Shown here in pieces: positions 36,444 to 50,569 of a stretch of DNA of 64,000 nucleotides; positions within the stretch are counted from its first letter, which is position 1; every line of letters begins with the position of its first letter. The notes beneath the pieces are model-generated. The model was not told the DNA's origin and ran no database searches. It saw only the letters and a list, made by a program, of their open reading frames with translations. Source of the stretch: Macrostomum hystrix (Eukaryota > Animalia > Platyhelminthes); the NCBI GenBank assembly GCA_950097015.1, contig CATNEN010000025.1:744001-808000 (forward strand). The letters run 5' to 3'. A program made the position numbers and the translations under genes.

Positions 36444-38793
36444 GAAGTGAGGGTACCAAACAATTTTTCATTCAAACAGCCCTTTAATCTCATCTACCAA
36501 TTGTTTAGGAAGATTCTATTTTGGTCTGCTACCCTTTAGACAATCTTAGTTGTGCCATTGTATCTAAATAATGAATCCAATGCAGTATAGTTGTGAAAGT
36601 CAGATTGTCATGGGCAGTGATAATGTAGTGATACATTGTTAGTGGTTAGGCTTGAGTCTGTTACTAGATTAACTGTAGTAACACTGGTGTAGCTCAATTA
36701 AACCCAAATATATTGTGCTGATGTTTGTTCTTTTATTATTTGCTTATTAACATTATACAATAGTTTCATTAAAATAGTAGCTGTATATAGAAAATACAAA
36801 CCATTAATTTTACTTATATATTATTTTTTGTTAAGCTAGTTAATAATAATAATTATGATAATTGATTACACCTGTCCCAATTGGGCCAGATATGCAGCTG
36901 GCAGCACAGCCATAGCTATATTATTTATATGGTGCATGTTCTATCACGGTATCAGTTGAATATAAATTAGGCTTAATAATGTCAATTTTAGGCAAACTAT
37001 TATGTACTTTTAAAGGTTGATTTCTTTCATTTCATATTTATCACTTGTTGTCTAAAGCAAGAATTTATATGCTTAGTGTGTAAGAAAAGCATTTTTTGAC
37101 ACTTTCTTTTATGTTTTGACAGTTTTGTATAGGCAATTCATAATCATTTATCTATATATAAATATTATTGAGTTATCAGCAAATAAGCATTAAATTGTGC
37201 CTAATACAAGAATGCCTTATAAAGATTTACAATGTAGCAAAGTAGTTGGAGTAGTATGAACTACTACTTAGGCCTAAGTGTGTTTTCTCTTATACCCTAG
37301 GGTACAAATAATTTTACTCTTAATAAAAGTAAAAACATGTTACTGTTACAACAAAATCATTTTATTGTATTTTATTAATAATTTTAGATTAGTTTTTTAA
37401 GCATAGTAGATATAAAATACAAATGATATAAAGCATCCTTAAAACCAGAAGTTTAAAAGTGTGAAACACATACCAAATGCCACAAAAGCACTAAAATTAA
37501 AAGTACCATGAGTGGACACTAGTACATAAGTAGATTTCCCAAGTCTTGCAGATCTTTTACAAATTTTTAAAACATTTTAAACATGGTAACTCTAAGCTGC
37601 AACTAGAATCTGGATAAAATAGAATAAAAATAGACAGATTTCATGAAAATAAAAGATTATTATTTTTTGGACAAACTAGAGCCAGGTTTTCTGAGGATGA
37701 GTTTTTTAATACTGTTACCTTCTTTATTAATCTCAATGTGATAGCTACCAAAGTTTTAGGCCTTAATTTATATATCTTATTTGTGGGAATTCTTGAAGTG
37801 TGAAGTATGAAACAACACATTAGTGTTAGTGAGACAAAGCATTTTCATATTGATACAGAAAGCACAATAAGAAATAATATTTTCTAAGAAACAGATCCAG
37901 AAAGTTTTCAAAAGCCTAGGTGCCAACTTATCTATTATTAAAAGTTGCACAAGTTACACAAATTCAATTTTTTAATGTAGTAATTGAACTACTAATTGAT
38001 AGTAGTAGACAAAAATGGCAAGGCTCATTTGGTGATAAGATAGTATGTTACAGTAAATTCTAACAGTTACGATCATATAAACATGGTAAAAGACCAAATC
38101 TGCTAATTGCTTTGCCAATTTTAAATAGCTCCATGATCCATGAAAATCAAGCTGTGATAATTTTATATTCACTTTTAATTGGTGTTTCTTAAAGAAGGGG
38201 TGACAATATTAGTTGGCCTGCAGTTTTTAAGAGCTGACTTTTAGTTATTTTGCAAGACTAGAATCAATTTGTCTAAAAATCTAAGATTATGTAGCAAATT
38301 AGGTTTTAGTGTTGCAGAAGCAGATCTACTTATGCATATGTGCATGTATATTATACTCACGTGTATTCACATGTACAGCATTATCAGTCCATTTTATATT
38401 TTTATGATATAAGCAAGCAATAAAAATATTCTGTTTTCAATATTTAAATTTTCATCTTTTTATTTGAGCACTGAAAAAATAAGTAAATATCAATCAAATA
38501 TAGTTCAACTTGTTCAACTAGCCCTACTTGTAGAGCCTTTGTGCACTACACTCTATTATTTGCCCTCTTCCCTTCTATTACAAACTTCAAAATAAAATGT
38601 ACAGCCATCCTAGTGTGCGCATATTTCTGTCTATAGTCTATGTCTATGTCCACAGACTTTCAACATATATTCCAACAGACTAAAATTATATGCCTATCAA
38701 AAACTATTTACATGTTGCAGACAACTAAAAAGTTAATAACAACTTGTCAAAACTGCTAAAATAACAAAAAAGCTTCATCAATACTTCAAAGTT

Positions 38794-40676
38794 ATGTCTG
38801 AATCAGAGGGCGATTTCGAAAGTGCCGACGAGGAAGCAGTGGCTCCAGCACAGTCTGCGAGTGAGAAAAAAGCAGTGGCAGATAGCGAACCCTCTGCTGC
38901 TGCTGAGGGTGCTGTTGATGCACCAGTGGTAATTAATCAGCCGCCAACTGCGGCACAAACTGATGCTGCTGGTCCCGCTGTTGAAGTCAGCTATGGTGGG
39001 GGCGGAGGAGGCGGAGGTTGGACCTCCTGGGGCCTGTCCTGGGGCCAGAGTCTAATCTCGGGAGCGAAATCGGGCGTGTCGGTTCTAGCCAAAGAGCTTG
39101 GCGATGGTATAGGTACCGTGTCGCGAACGGTTGAATCTGTGCTAGACGCACCGCCACCAGAGGAAATGGCTGGCGGTGCTGGCGCCTCAGCTGATCAGCA
39201 GCTAGAAGGAGCATCCACTGATTCTACTAATAATGCTACTGCTGCCAGCGATGCTGCCCCGTCTGCGAGTGGCAATGAGACTCATAGTGCTGCTGGTACT
39301 GGTGGCAGTTGGCTTCAGTCAAGTTGGCGCGTGGGCGGTGCGCTAACAACGTCGGTTAGCCAGACTGGCAGCTACCTGGTTACTGGCGGCCTAGATCTAT
39401 TAGAAGCTTTAGGCAAGCGAACAATGGACGCTTTGCACGAGACCGATCCTGGTTTTCAGCGAACCAAAGTCCTGCTAGGCAGGAATCGCCGACCGAATCT
39501 ATCTGAATTGTTGCGCGAAGCTCAGGCTAGCGGAGCTGCAGCCGCGGCTGCGACATCCGGAGCCGAGCCGGGCCCAGACGGATCTGCTCCTAGTGGAGCA
39601 GGCGATCCAGACATTGATTCGCCAGATTTCGCTTGCCAATTCGATCGGCTGAATGGATCGGCCTATTTAGACGGCTTGCAAACTTTAGCCAATCAGTGCG
39701 AGCTCAGATTGCAAGCTAAGCTGAGCACCAGGCCTAGCATGAGGCCGGTGATGGCGCAGATTTTGGAGCGTCTAGAACGAGTTCGCGCCGAAGGCAACGA
39801 GGATGACGATGAGGAGGGTGGCGAGAGGCGACCGACTACTCTTGAGTCCGCCTTGTCCAGTCTACCAGACCAATACGCTTCAGCTAATGCTTGGCTTAGC
39901 AACGCGGTTGCTGTCGATTGTCTCCATGGCAACGGGGGGAACGCATCGTCTGAGGAAACAGCTGGAAGCAAAGATGTGGCCGCTTTGCAGGTGTGTGCCA
40001 TTTCTGTTTAACTGGGTCTTAGAGCTCATTAAAAAAAGTTCAATCTCAGATAATTAGTCAAATCTCAAATCCTTCTTCAAGACCAATTGATCAGTCAAAT
40101 CCTTTAAGACCGCTTAATCAGCTAAATCCTTCCTTCGTCAATATTGTCTCTTAATTTGATAATCACAGGATTATTAATGGATTTACACAGATAAAAAATA
40201 AGACTTATATTTTACTTTAATTTTTATCCTCAAAATAATTGCGAGGCCAGGTCGATTGCGTGCGCCGTCTGGCCGCCCTTACCGCAGCCACCATTCACTA
40301 CCTGTTGAAAGCTGCCAGCCTGGCCTCTGCCGCCGCAGTTGCTGCCGCAGCCGCCGCATCAGCTGAATCGGACGCCGCCTCCGCCGCCGCTGCGTCCGCT
40401 AAGTCTGCTGCTAGCGCTCTAGCTGGCCTCTGCTTCGCTCTGATTGGCTGCGCTGATGCTGTTCGCGAAAGGGCTTGCCTCAGCATTCAAGCTGCGGCCA
40501 ATGCCGGAAGTGCTGATGACGTCATCGATGAGCACGCAATCAATCAGGCCATGACCCAGGTCATCCTGGAAGCCGAGGGCGCCAAAGCCTATCTGCAGGA
40601 CGCTTTCATTCTGTTGGCGCCCGTCCTTCAATTGGCCGCTCTAGAAGAGCCTGTGTCTGCTACTACTGCTCAGTAG
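38794..40676 (+). CDS. FAM114A: FAM114A (NOXP20) family protein, about 540 aa; exons 38794-39990, 40251-40676
   Basis: Family motifs W.SWG.S..S.A, GGLDLLEALGKRTMD.L.E.DPGF.RTK, F.CQFD..NG..YL..L..LA..C, LEA.....Y.QDAF.LL.PVL. Phase-0 GT/AG junction; the exon-2 acceptor position is slightly less certain. Confidence 0.9.
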
Positions 40677-41394
40677 TCTATCGAGAATTTAATATTCTGA
40701 GACTATACATTTTTCGGATTAAATATTATTTTCCTACTGTTCAAGTTTAAAGGCGTTTATTGTTGAATTGCCATTCCTTGAAAGCAGTTATTTAACAGTA
40801 ACTCCATAATAATCATTCTTGTTTAGTTTGCTCGCTCGCATATAATGATTGGCAGAGAACACACCCTGACCCGATGTGTAAAATCGTGGTGCTTAAAGGT
40901 TTCAAATGTATTTTGTTGGTGGTGAACAGGCAAGAAATAATTCATTTATCTTTGTCTTTCTATCCTGTCAGATCAGATGTATCGTATATGTCAAACACAA
41001 CAGCAGGTCTTATGATAAAACTGTAGGAAATTATTAATTTTACATGACTCTGTTGTTTAAAAACTGTTGTTCGGTGAGTGTATTTTGCTGGTAAGTTGGT
41101 GTTTATCTTCTCAAATTGAACTTGATCGTTTTGGCACACTAATAATTAAAGAAAGCTATTTATTAAGCTTCCCATGAATTTATACCCAGATTAAGATAAA
41201 GTGTCTTGAGTTTTTTGCAAATACAAAAACTGCTTATTTATGAATCGACTGCATTCTTTTTTATTCTATAAGTTTCAATTCTGAATTTTCGTATTTATTA
41301 ATAGACAATAGCTAATTATATGCAGTTTATTATGTCAAGTAGGCGAATTATCTAGAACTTTTTTCTTTAGTGGGCCAATCGCCAAAGAGCGTGT

Positions 41395-43705
41395 TAATGG
41401 TCTCATTGCCAAATAATGTGTTTGGTGGTCTAATTGCCAAATTATGTGTTTGTTGGTCTAATTGCCAAATAATGTGTTTGGTGGTCTAATTGCCATAGAA
41501 TGTGTTTGGTGGTCTAATTGCCATAGAATGTGTTTGGTGGTCTAATTGCCATAGAATGTGTTTGGTGGTCTAATTGCCATAGAATGTGTTTGGTGGTCTA
41601 ATTGCCATAGAATGTGTTTGGTGGTCTAATTGCCATAGAATGTGTTTGGTGGTCTAATTGCCATAGAATGTGTTTAGTGGTCTAATTACCATAGAATGTG
41701 TTTAGTGGTCTAATTGCCATAGAATGTGTTTAGTGGTCTAATTACCATAGAATGTGTTTAGTGGTCTAATTACCATAGAATGTGTTTAGTGGTCTAATTG
41801 CCATAGAATGTGTTTAGTGGTCTAATTACCATAGAATGTGTTTAGTGGTCTAATTACTATAGAATGTGTTTAGTGGTCTAATTACTATAGAATGTGTTTA
41901 GTGGTCTAATTATCATAGAATGTGTTTAGTGGTCTAATTATCATAGAATGTGTTTAGTGGTCTAATTATCATAGAATGTGTTTAGTGGTCTAATTATCAT
42001 AGAATGTGTTTAGTGGTCTAATTATCATAGAATGTGTTTAGTGGTCTAATTATCATAGAATGTGTTTAGTGGTCTAATTACCATAGAATGTGTTTAGTGG
42101 TCTAATTACTATAGAATGTGTTTAGTGGTATAATTATCATAGAATTTGTTTAGTGGTCTAATTACCATAGAATGTGTTTAGTGGTCTAATTATCATAGAA
42201 TGTGTTTAGTGGTCTAATTATCATAGAATGTGTTTAGTGGTCTAATTACCATAGAATGTGTTTAGTGGTCTAGTTACTATAGAATGTGTTTAGTGGTCTA
42301 ATTACTATAGAATGTGTTTAGTGGTCTAATTATCATAGAATGTGTTTAGTGGTCTAATTATCATAGAATGTGTTTAGTGGTCTAATTATCATAGAATGTG
42401 TTTAGTGGTCTAATTATCATAGAATGTGTTTAGTGGTCTAATTACCATAGAATGTGTTTAGTGGTCTAATTACTATAGAATGTGTTTAGTGGTATAATTA
42501 TCATAGAATTTGTTTAGTGGTCTAATTACCATAGAATGTGTTTAGTGGTCTAATTATCATAGAATGTGTTTAGTGGTCTAATTATCATAGAATGTGTTTA
42601 GTGGTCTAATTACCATAGAATGTGTTTAGTGGTCTAGTTACTATAGAATGTGTTTAGTGGTCTAATTACTATAGAATGTGTTTAGTGGTCTAATTACTAT
42701 AGAATGTGTTTAGTGGTATAATTACTATAGAATGTGTTTAGTGGTATAATTATCATAGAATTTGTTTAGTGGTCTAATTACTATAGAATGTGTTTAGTGG
42801 TCTAATTATCATAGAATGTGTTTAGTGGTCTAATTATCATAGAATGTGTTTAGTGGTCTAATTATCATAGAATGTGTTTAGTGGTCTAATTACCATAGAA
42901 TGTGTTTAGTGGTCTAATTACCATAGAATGTGTTTAGTGGTCTAATTACTATAGAATGTGTTTAGTGGTCTAATTACTATAGAATGTGTTTAGTGGTATA
43001 ATTACTATAGAATGTGTTTAGTGGTATAATTATCATAGAATTTGTTTAGTGGTCTAATTACCATAGAATGTGTTTAGTGGTCTAATTATCATAGAATGTG
43101 TTTAGTGGTCTAATTATCATAGAATGTGTTTAGTGGTCTAATTATCATAGAATGTGTTTAGTGGTCTAATTATCATAGAATGTGTTTAGTGGTCTATTTA
43201 TCATAGAATGTGTTTAGTGGTATAATTACCATAGAATGTGTTTAGTGGTCTAATTATCATAGAATGTGTTTGGTGGTCTAATTGCCATAGAATGTGTTTG
43301 GTGGTCTAATTACCATAGAATGTGTTTAGTGGTCTAATTACTATAGAATGTGTTTAGTGGTCTAATTACTATAGAATGTGTTTAGTGGTCTAATTACTAT
43401 AGAATGTGTTTAGTGGTCTAATTATCATAGAATGTGTTTAGTGGTCTAATTATCATAGAATGTGTTTAGTGGTCTAATTACTATAGAATGTGTTCAGTGG
43501 TCTAATTACTGTAGAATGTGTTTAGTGGTCTAATTACTATAGAATGTGTTTAGTGGTTAATTACTATAGAATGTGTTTAGTGGTATAATTATCATAGAAT
43601 TTGTTTAGTGGTCTAATTACCATAGAATGTGTTTAGTGGTCTAATTATCATAGAATGTGTTTAGTGGTCTAATTATCATAGAATGTGTTTAGTGGTCTAA
43701 TTTCT
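41395..43705. repeat. 28-bp minisatellite (ATAGAATGTGTTTAGTGGTCTAATTAYC)n, about 80 units, between FAM114A and SMG7
   Basis: TCATAGAATG recurs at 41941 and 41969 (period 28). Confidence 0.98.
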
Positions 43706-43951
43706 GTAGATATTATGTGCGAAAATTACATTCGAAGGTATCTACTGGGTTAATTACCTCAAAAGGTTATTATTTATGTAACTTTCATAAAAAGTATATT
43801 CTGGGTTATTTGTAATATAAGGTATTCAATGTGTGAATTACCATAGCAAGTTGTTTGATAGCTGTTTGCTGTCACTATTATAAGCAAAAAATAGGCAGCC
43901 TACCTACAGTAGTATATTTACGACTAAATTTCAGGCCAACAAGCAGTCGGC

Positions 43952-46900
43952 ATGACAACATCGGCTGCTCTGCACACCAGAGCCAAGGATCCAGTTAGCC
44001 AACTTCTGGCTCTGGCAGAAGAACAGCGGCAGCAACTGCAGCAGCAGCAGCAGGCATCCGATTCCCAGGATTCCAGTTGGGATCCGTTTCATCCCAGTTG
44101 GTTAGACCGTCTGGCCTTGTGCGACAGTCTCTATCGCCTGCTGTTCCTGGACTTGGAGACCGCTTTAGATCGAAAACTGGAACAGGAGCTCTGGAATATC
44201 GGCTTCAAAGAGCCCGTTGCTGCCGCTCAACGCGAGGCCAAGCTAGCAGGATCCTCTGGCCAGGCTAAGCTCACTGCTCTGCTTGAGCACGGCATTGGAT
44301 TCTATACTAACCTGCTCCAGGAGCTCTGCACCGTGTTTCAGGTGAGATAAACTGTCTCATCCCATCCCCCCCTCTCCCATTCTCATCCTCTCACTCCCTC
44401 ATGTCTGTCCCATTCTCCTCCTCTCATCCTCTCTCTCCCTCCCTCCCTCTCTCTCCCTCTCCCTCTCTCTCTCCCTCTCTCTCCCTCTCCCTCTCCCTCT
44501 CCCACTCTCTCCCTCTCCCTCTCTCCCCCTCTCCCTCTCCCCCTCTCCCATTCTCTCCCTCTCCCTCTCTCTCTCCCATTCTCATCCTTTCTCTCTCTCT
44601 CTCAAGCCTCTCCCATTCTCATTCTCTCTCTCTCGCCTCTCCCATTCTCATCCTCTCTATCCCTCGTGTCTCTCCCGTTCCCATCTTTGTCTCGCTCATA
44701 GGCCTCCATATCTTAGCATTATATTTATTCATATATAATATTTATATCTATTTTCTGTAATATGTTTCGCATTTAATTACCATTCCGTTGCCTCAGGTGA
44801 GCCTGCCGTGCCGAAAGCGCCTAGCCTACGGGCCCGTACTCGAACCGGTTGTACTGCACGTCAAAGCCAAATGGCCCACAGTTGGTTCCCTGGCCTACCT
44901 GTGCCAGCATTGCCTGGTTCACCTGGGTGACCTGTGCCGGTATCAGCGCCGATTGGACCAGGCCAAGCTATATTATACTTGGGCTGTTCACACCTGTCCT
45001 AGCAATGGCCATCCGTTTAATCAGCTAGCTATATTGGCTAGTCAAGAGGAGAATCGCCAGGTAAGTTGGCCATTCGTAGCAGCAATTTTTTGTTTGTGTA
45101 CGCATTTTTTAATGCAATAGATTATAGTGCTACTCATTTACCAGCTGTTCAGCCTCAGTTCAGCCAGCTGTCGAATTGGTACCAGCATCAGCTGGGGTAA
45201 TTGAGGGTGGATGTGGCGTCTCAACAGTCCATGGACTGAACAGCCATACGCAGCATTATAATGCGCCGCCCAATAGCTGGCCCACCTGGGAAAATTGCTA
45301 TTTATTTTTGTTGTTATTATTGTTATTTTACCTATATTATTGCCACCAGGGCTTCAATCACTATTGTCCTGATCAAATCTAGCAGAGCCTTCCCGTCTGC
45401 CGCCCCGTGTCCAGGTGGCCACATTCTTTTACTACATCCGTGCCATCTCGTGCGCGACGCCGTTCACAGCGGCCCGCGCCAACCTGGAGAAACTGCTGGC
45501 TAACCAGGCCCGCTCGGCCAAGGCCTGCCTGACTCTAACTGGCAGCGGCGGCGGGCACGAACGACCAGGCGTACTATTTCTGCACTATCACGCCCTGCTC
45601 ATTGCTGCCAGGGATGTTGTCAGGGCTAGGCAATTGTGGGACGCATTTGTTGCCGCCTACGCTTTGCGCCCGGACAATCATTGGGAGGATTGTGTACACA
45701 TGGTGGCTATTCACGCATTCGCTATGCACCGGATGCTTGCTCAGGTATAAATACCCTTGAGTTTCTGTTTCAAATATGACGGCTTTCAAGTGCCAGACCT
45801 AGGACACTGAGCATGGAATCAGTGTGATTCTGATTGCTAAATCTGAGTGATTCCGATTGATAAATCTGAGTGATTCTGATTGATAAATCTGAGTGATTCT
45901 GATTGCTAAATCTGAGTGATTCCGATTGATAAACCTGATCGATTCTGATTGATAAATCTGAGTGATTCTGATTGCTAAATCTGAGTGATTCCGATTGATA
46001 AATCTGAGTGATTCTGATTGATAAATCTGAGTGATTCTGATTGCTAAATCTGAGTGATTCCGATTGATAAACCTGATCGATTCTGATTGATAAATCTGAG
46101 TGATTCTGATTGATAAATCTGAGTGATTCTGATTGCTCAATCTGAGTGATTCCGATTGATAAATCTGAGTGATTCTGATTGCTCAATCTGAGTGATTCTA
46201 ATTGATAAATCTGAGTGATTCTGATTGCTCAATCTGAGTGATTCCGATTGATAAATCTGAGTGATTCTGATTGCTCAATCTGAGTGATTCTGATTGCTCA
46301 ATCTGAGTGATTCTGATTGATAAATCTGAGTGATTCTGATTGCTCAATCTGAGTGATTCTGATTGATAAATCTGAGTGATTCTGATTGATAAATCTGAGT
46401 GATTCCGATTGATAAATCTGAGTGATTCTGATTGATAAATCTGAGTGATTCTGATTGCTCAAGCAGAGTGATTCTGATTGCTAAATCTGAGTGATTCTGA
46501 TTGATAAATCTGAGTGATTCTGATTGCTCAATCTGAGTGATTCTGATTGATAAATCTGAGTGATTCTGATTGATAAATCTGAGGGATTCTGATTGATAAA
46601 TCTGAGTGATTCTGATTGCTCAATCTGAGTGATTCTGATTGATAAATCTGAGTGATTCTGATTGATAAATCTGAGTGATTCTGATTGATAAATCTGAGTG
46701 ATTCTGATTGATAAATCTGAGTGATTCCGATTGATAAATCTGAGTGATTCTGATTGATAAATCTGAGTGATTCTGATTGCTCAATCTGAGTGATTCTGAT
46801 TGATAAATCTGAGTGATTCTGATTGATAAATCTGAGTGATTCTGATTGATAAATCTGAGTGATTCTGATTGCTCAATCTGAGTGATTCTGATTGATAAAT

Positions 46901-49357
46901 CTGAGTGATTCTGATTGATAAATCTGAGTGATTCTGATTGCTCAATCTGAGTGATTCTGATTGATAAATCTGAGTGATTCTGATTGATAAATCTGAGTGA
47001 TTCTGATTGCTCAATCTGAGTGATTCTGATTGATAAATCTGAGTGATTCTGATTGATAAATCTGAGTGATTCTGATTGCTCAATCTGAGGGATTCTGATT
47101 GATAAATCTGAGGGATTCTGATTGATAAATCTGAGTGATTCTGATTGCTCAATCTGAGTGATTCTGATTGATAAATCTGAGTGATTCTGATTGATAAATC
47201 TGAGTGATTCTGATTGATAAATCTGAGTGATTCTGATTGATAAATCTAAGGGATTCTGATTGATAAATGTGAGTGATTCTGATTGATAAATCTGAGGGAT
47301 TCTGATTGATAAATCTGAGGGATTCTGATTGATAAATCTGAGTGATTCTGATTGATAAATCTGAGTGATTCTGATTGATAAATCTGAGTGATTCTGATTG
47401 CTCAAGCAGAGTGATTCTGATTGCTAAATCTGAGTGATTCTGATTGATAAATCTGAGTGATTCTGATTGCTCAATCTGAGTGATTCTGATTGATAAATCT
47501 GAGTGATTCTGATTGATAAATCTGAGTGATTCTGATTGCTCAATCTGAGTGATTCTGATTGATAAATCTGAGTGATTCTGATTGATAAATCTGAGTGATT
47601 CTGATTGCTCAATCTGAGTGATTCTGATTGATAAATCTGAGTGATTCTGATTGATAAATCTGAGTGATTCTGATTGCTCAATCTGAGGGATTCTGATTGA
47701 TAAATCTGAGGGATTCTGATTGATAAATCTGAGTGATTCTGATTGCTCAATCTGAGTGATTCTGATTGATAAATCTGAGTGATTCTGATTGCTCAATCTG
47801 AGTGATTCTGATTGATAAATCTGAGTGATTCTGATTGATAAATCTGAGTGATTCTGATTGATAAATCTAAGGGATTCTGATTGATAAATCTGAGTGATTC
47901 TGATTGATAAATCTGAGGGATTCTGATTGATAAATCTGAGGGATTCTGATAGATAAATCTGAGTGATTCTGATTGATAAATCTGAGTGATTCTGATTGCT
48001 CAATCTGAGTGATTCTGATTGATAAATCTGAGTGATTCTGATTGATAAATCTGAGTGATTCTGATTGCTCAATCTGAGTGATTCTGATTGATAAATCTGA
48101 GGGATTCTGATTGATAACTCTCCGAGTGCCGAATTCGAAGAAGGGATATTTGGGGCTAAATGTGAGATCGTTCGATGTTCTCGTGCTAGATGTGTGTGAC
48201 TAGATGCGTTCTACTATAGCTGTGAAGCCAGACTAGCTGGGGTCCAACCGCTCATCCACTGGCTCTCCCCGGTGCCGCAGGGCGAGCCGGACTCCTCAGA
48301 GCTGTTGTCTTTGCAGCGCCATGCCACTGCTCAGCTGCTTGAACTGCTGGCGGACATCAGCCACGCCGCTCTGGCCTCTCTTCCATCATCAACTGCCGCC
48401 GGCTCCGCCGTGGCTTCTGTCATCTGCAACCAGCCGCAGCTAGCCGGGCTGCACATCCTGCTGCGCTGCTGCGAGCTGAAGCCGTCTGCCAGTCTGCAGC
48501 AGCAGCACAATCAGCTGGGTCTGGCTAGGCTGGCCTGCTTATTGAATAGGCTGCAATTGATTCTACCCGGTCCACTGCTGAAGCCAGCTGAAAAGTTGTA
48601 CTCTGCTCAACAGGCTGAGCACAGTCAATCTTTGCTACTGCCCGAGTTTCAACTATTGCAAGGATTTTTACCGCTTTTTCCTAAGTTAAGAAATAATCAG
48701 CAGCAGCAGCAGCAGCAGTGGCCAGTCGAGAAGCAGCAGCAGCAGCAATCTCTGTCGTCGCTGCCACCAGAAACTATCAGCAGTTTGCGCGCGTCGGCCT
48801 GCGTTCAGCTGGGCCTTCGCCTGGCCGCCAGCCTCCCAGCCTGCCTGTTAGCCCAGCAGGCTCCGGGTAGCGAGGCTTCGGCCGGCTGGAGCTTCGTTGC
48901 CCCATTGCCACCCGCTGCTGGTCCGGCCGCTGCGGCCGCTGTCAAACAGCAATCAAAACCTGCTACTAGTAGCAACGATAGCAGCCCTCCTAAGCGATTT
49001 ACTGGCGGTCGAGCCAACCAACAGAATGTAGCTTTGCAGTCGTTGCTTAGCAACCGCGGACCTCAACAGCAACAACAGCAGCACCATCAACAATCGCCGC
49101 CATCTTCTCTGATGGCTGAAGAGTCTCCACCTGTGTCATCACACCAGCCCCGTGGAAAGCTAGTTATATCGTCTGAGATTGCGCGTAGTATCCAGGTTTG
49201 CACATTTTTTTAATTCTCTCACTATTTTGGGCTGCGAAAATTCATCCTCTACAAAATTCGATTACCCAGGAGCACGCGGCACAAGTTGCTTCAGCGAAGG
49301 CTGCCACTGAAGAGCAACAGTCGTCGAATCTCGGTGGTGCAGCGTCTAGCATTAGTC

Positions 49358-49395
<38 letters not shown>

Positions 49396-49460
49396 CATCG
49401 ACTACAACAATTACCGCCTCGATTTCAAAGGAAACTGCTCGAGCAGCAGCAGCAACAGCA

Positions 49461-49497
<37 letters not shown>

Positions 49498-49752
49498 GCA
49501 TTGTCGCTCCTAGCTAAGAAGGAATCTGAGCCCATCTTTCCGCAGGCGCTATTTAAAATACCACCGCCTGGATCGCCTTCTTTGACTTCAGCTGCCGACC
49601 AACCACCACAGCTGCAGCAGCCGTTGATTGGTCATCCCAACTGGCCAATAGGATCGGTGCCTCCACTGGAGAGTCTTATCCAGCAGCAGCAGCAACATCA
49701 ATCCAATATTTCGTCACAGTTCTCATCACAATGGGCGCCGCCAAGTTCATAA
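43952..49752 (+). CDS. SMG7: SMG7 (EST1-family NMD factor), about 790 aa; exons 43952-44341, 44797-45060, 45415-45744, 48281-49195, 49270-49752
   Basis: 14-3-3-like/TPR motifs DLE.ALD.K.EQ.LWN..FK, GFYT.LLQELCTVF, Y.CQHCLVHLGD..RY, PSNG.P.NQLAILAS, FYY.R.I....PF.AA..NL.K. The first three exons are firm; the low-complexity Q/P/S-rich last two are inferred from phase-0 splice sites. Confidence 0.9.
44350..44680. repeat. CT-rich low-complexity tract in SMG7 intron 1
   Basis: Read directly. Confidence 0.85.
45815..48117. repeat. 23-bp minisatellite (GATTCTGATTGATAAATCTGAGT)n, about 100 units, filling SMG7 intron 3
   Basis: ATCTGAGT recurs at 46623 and 46646 (period 23). Confidence 0.98.
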
Positions 49753-50569
49753 TTTTAAGCTCCACTATTCAACTGTGTTGTAGTTTTTTTAGAAAACATA
49801 TAAATTGCGATTTAAAAAATCGTGTTAGCTTTTCAGCTTCATAATTTCTTTGTGTCGCTTTTGAAAATATTTTGTACAATTTGCATGTTTCTTTTCTAAA
49901 CAGTTCAGTTAAATTTTATCCGATGCAGCCACAGCAAACTACTGCAAGTAGGCTGACTAGTTTTAATACCCCTTAAGTTAAATGGTAAACAAAAGTGAAA
50001 TTTATGACTTAGAACAGAAAGCGTTTGCTTTAAAACTGATGAATATTTTTTAATGTTTCTAACTACAGTAATTCGTCAGCAGTTCATACATAAGTAAATT
50101 TTGACATAATTGCTCTTAGCATTTTTACACTAGTCTGTCGACTGCATTTTCAATTGCAAGTACAACTTAGGGTTTAGAATTACGAGTAATAACTAAAATC
50201 CTAAAGAAAGTCATCCTTATGAAATTTAGATTTGCCAAATTCAAATCAAAGTTGAATCAGTTAAAAATTAATTATTATTCCCTCTTTTTTCCCAAATTTT
50301 CAGCCGACCAACATCGTTAGTCAGTCAGGCGCTGGGCTGTGATTTATACTGTACGCTACCAGTTACTTGAAGTAGTGTAGTAGATTTGTTCAATAGTAAA
50401 TTGACTTTTTCAGTGCGCAAAGCTGGTGAAATCAACATCAATTAGGCAGAAGCGAACTAAAAAGCAGACAAAATCTAATAGTTTAAATCAGCAGCAGCAG
50501 CAGCAGGAACTCCCAGCTGCGTCTTCAGCGGCTACTGAAAACGAAACTGTTGGCAACACCAGCCTGGCC

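Noticed and set aside
45770-48072. Minus-strand NQNHSDLSIRITQ ORFs
   Set aside because: 23-bp intronic array (not a multiple of 3) antisense to SMG7.
50426-50569. 48-aa N-terminal extension of TANGO1 from the GTG start
   Set aside because: The first ATG at 50570 directly begins a signal peptide. The extension would matter only if an upstream or leader AUG were spliced in frame at 50414.
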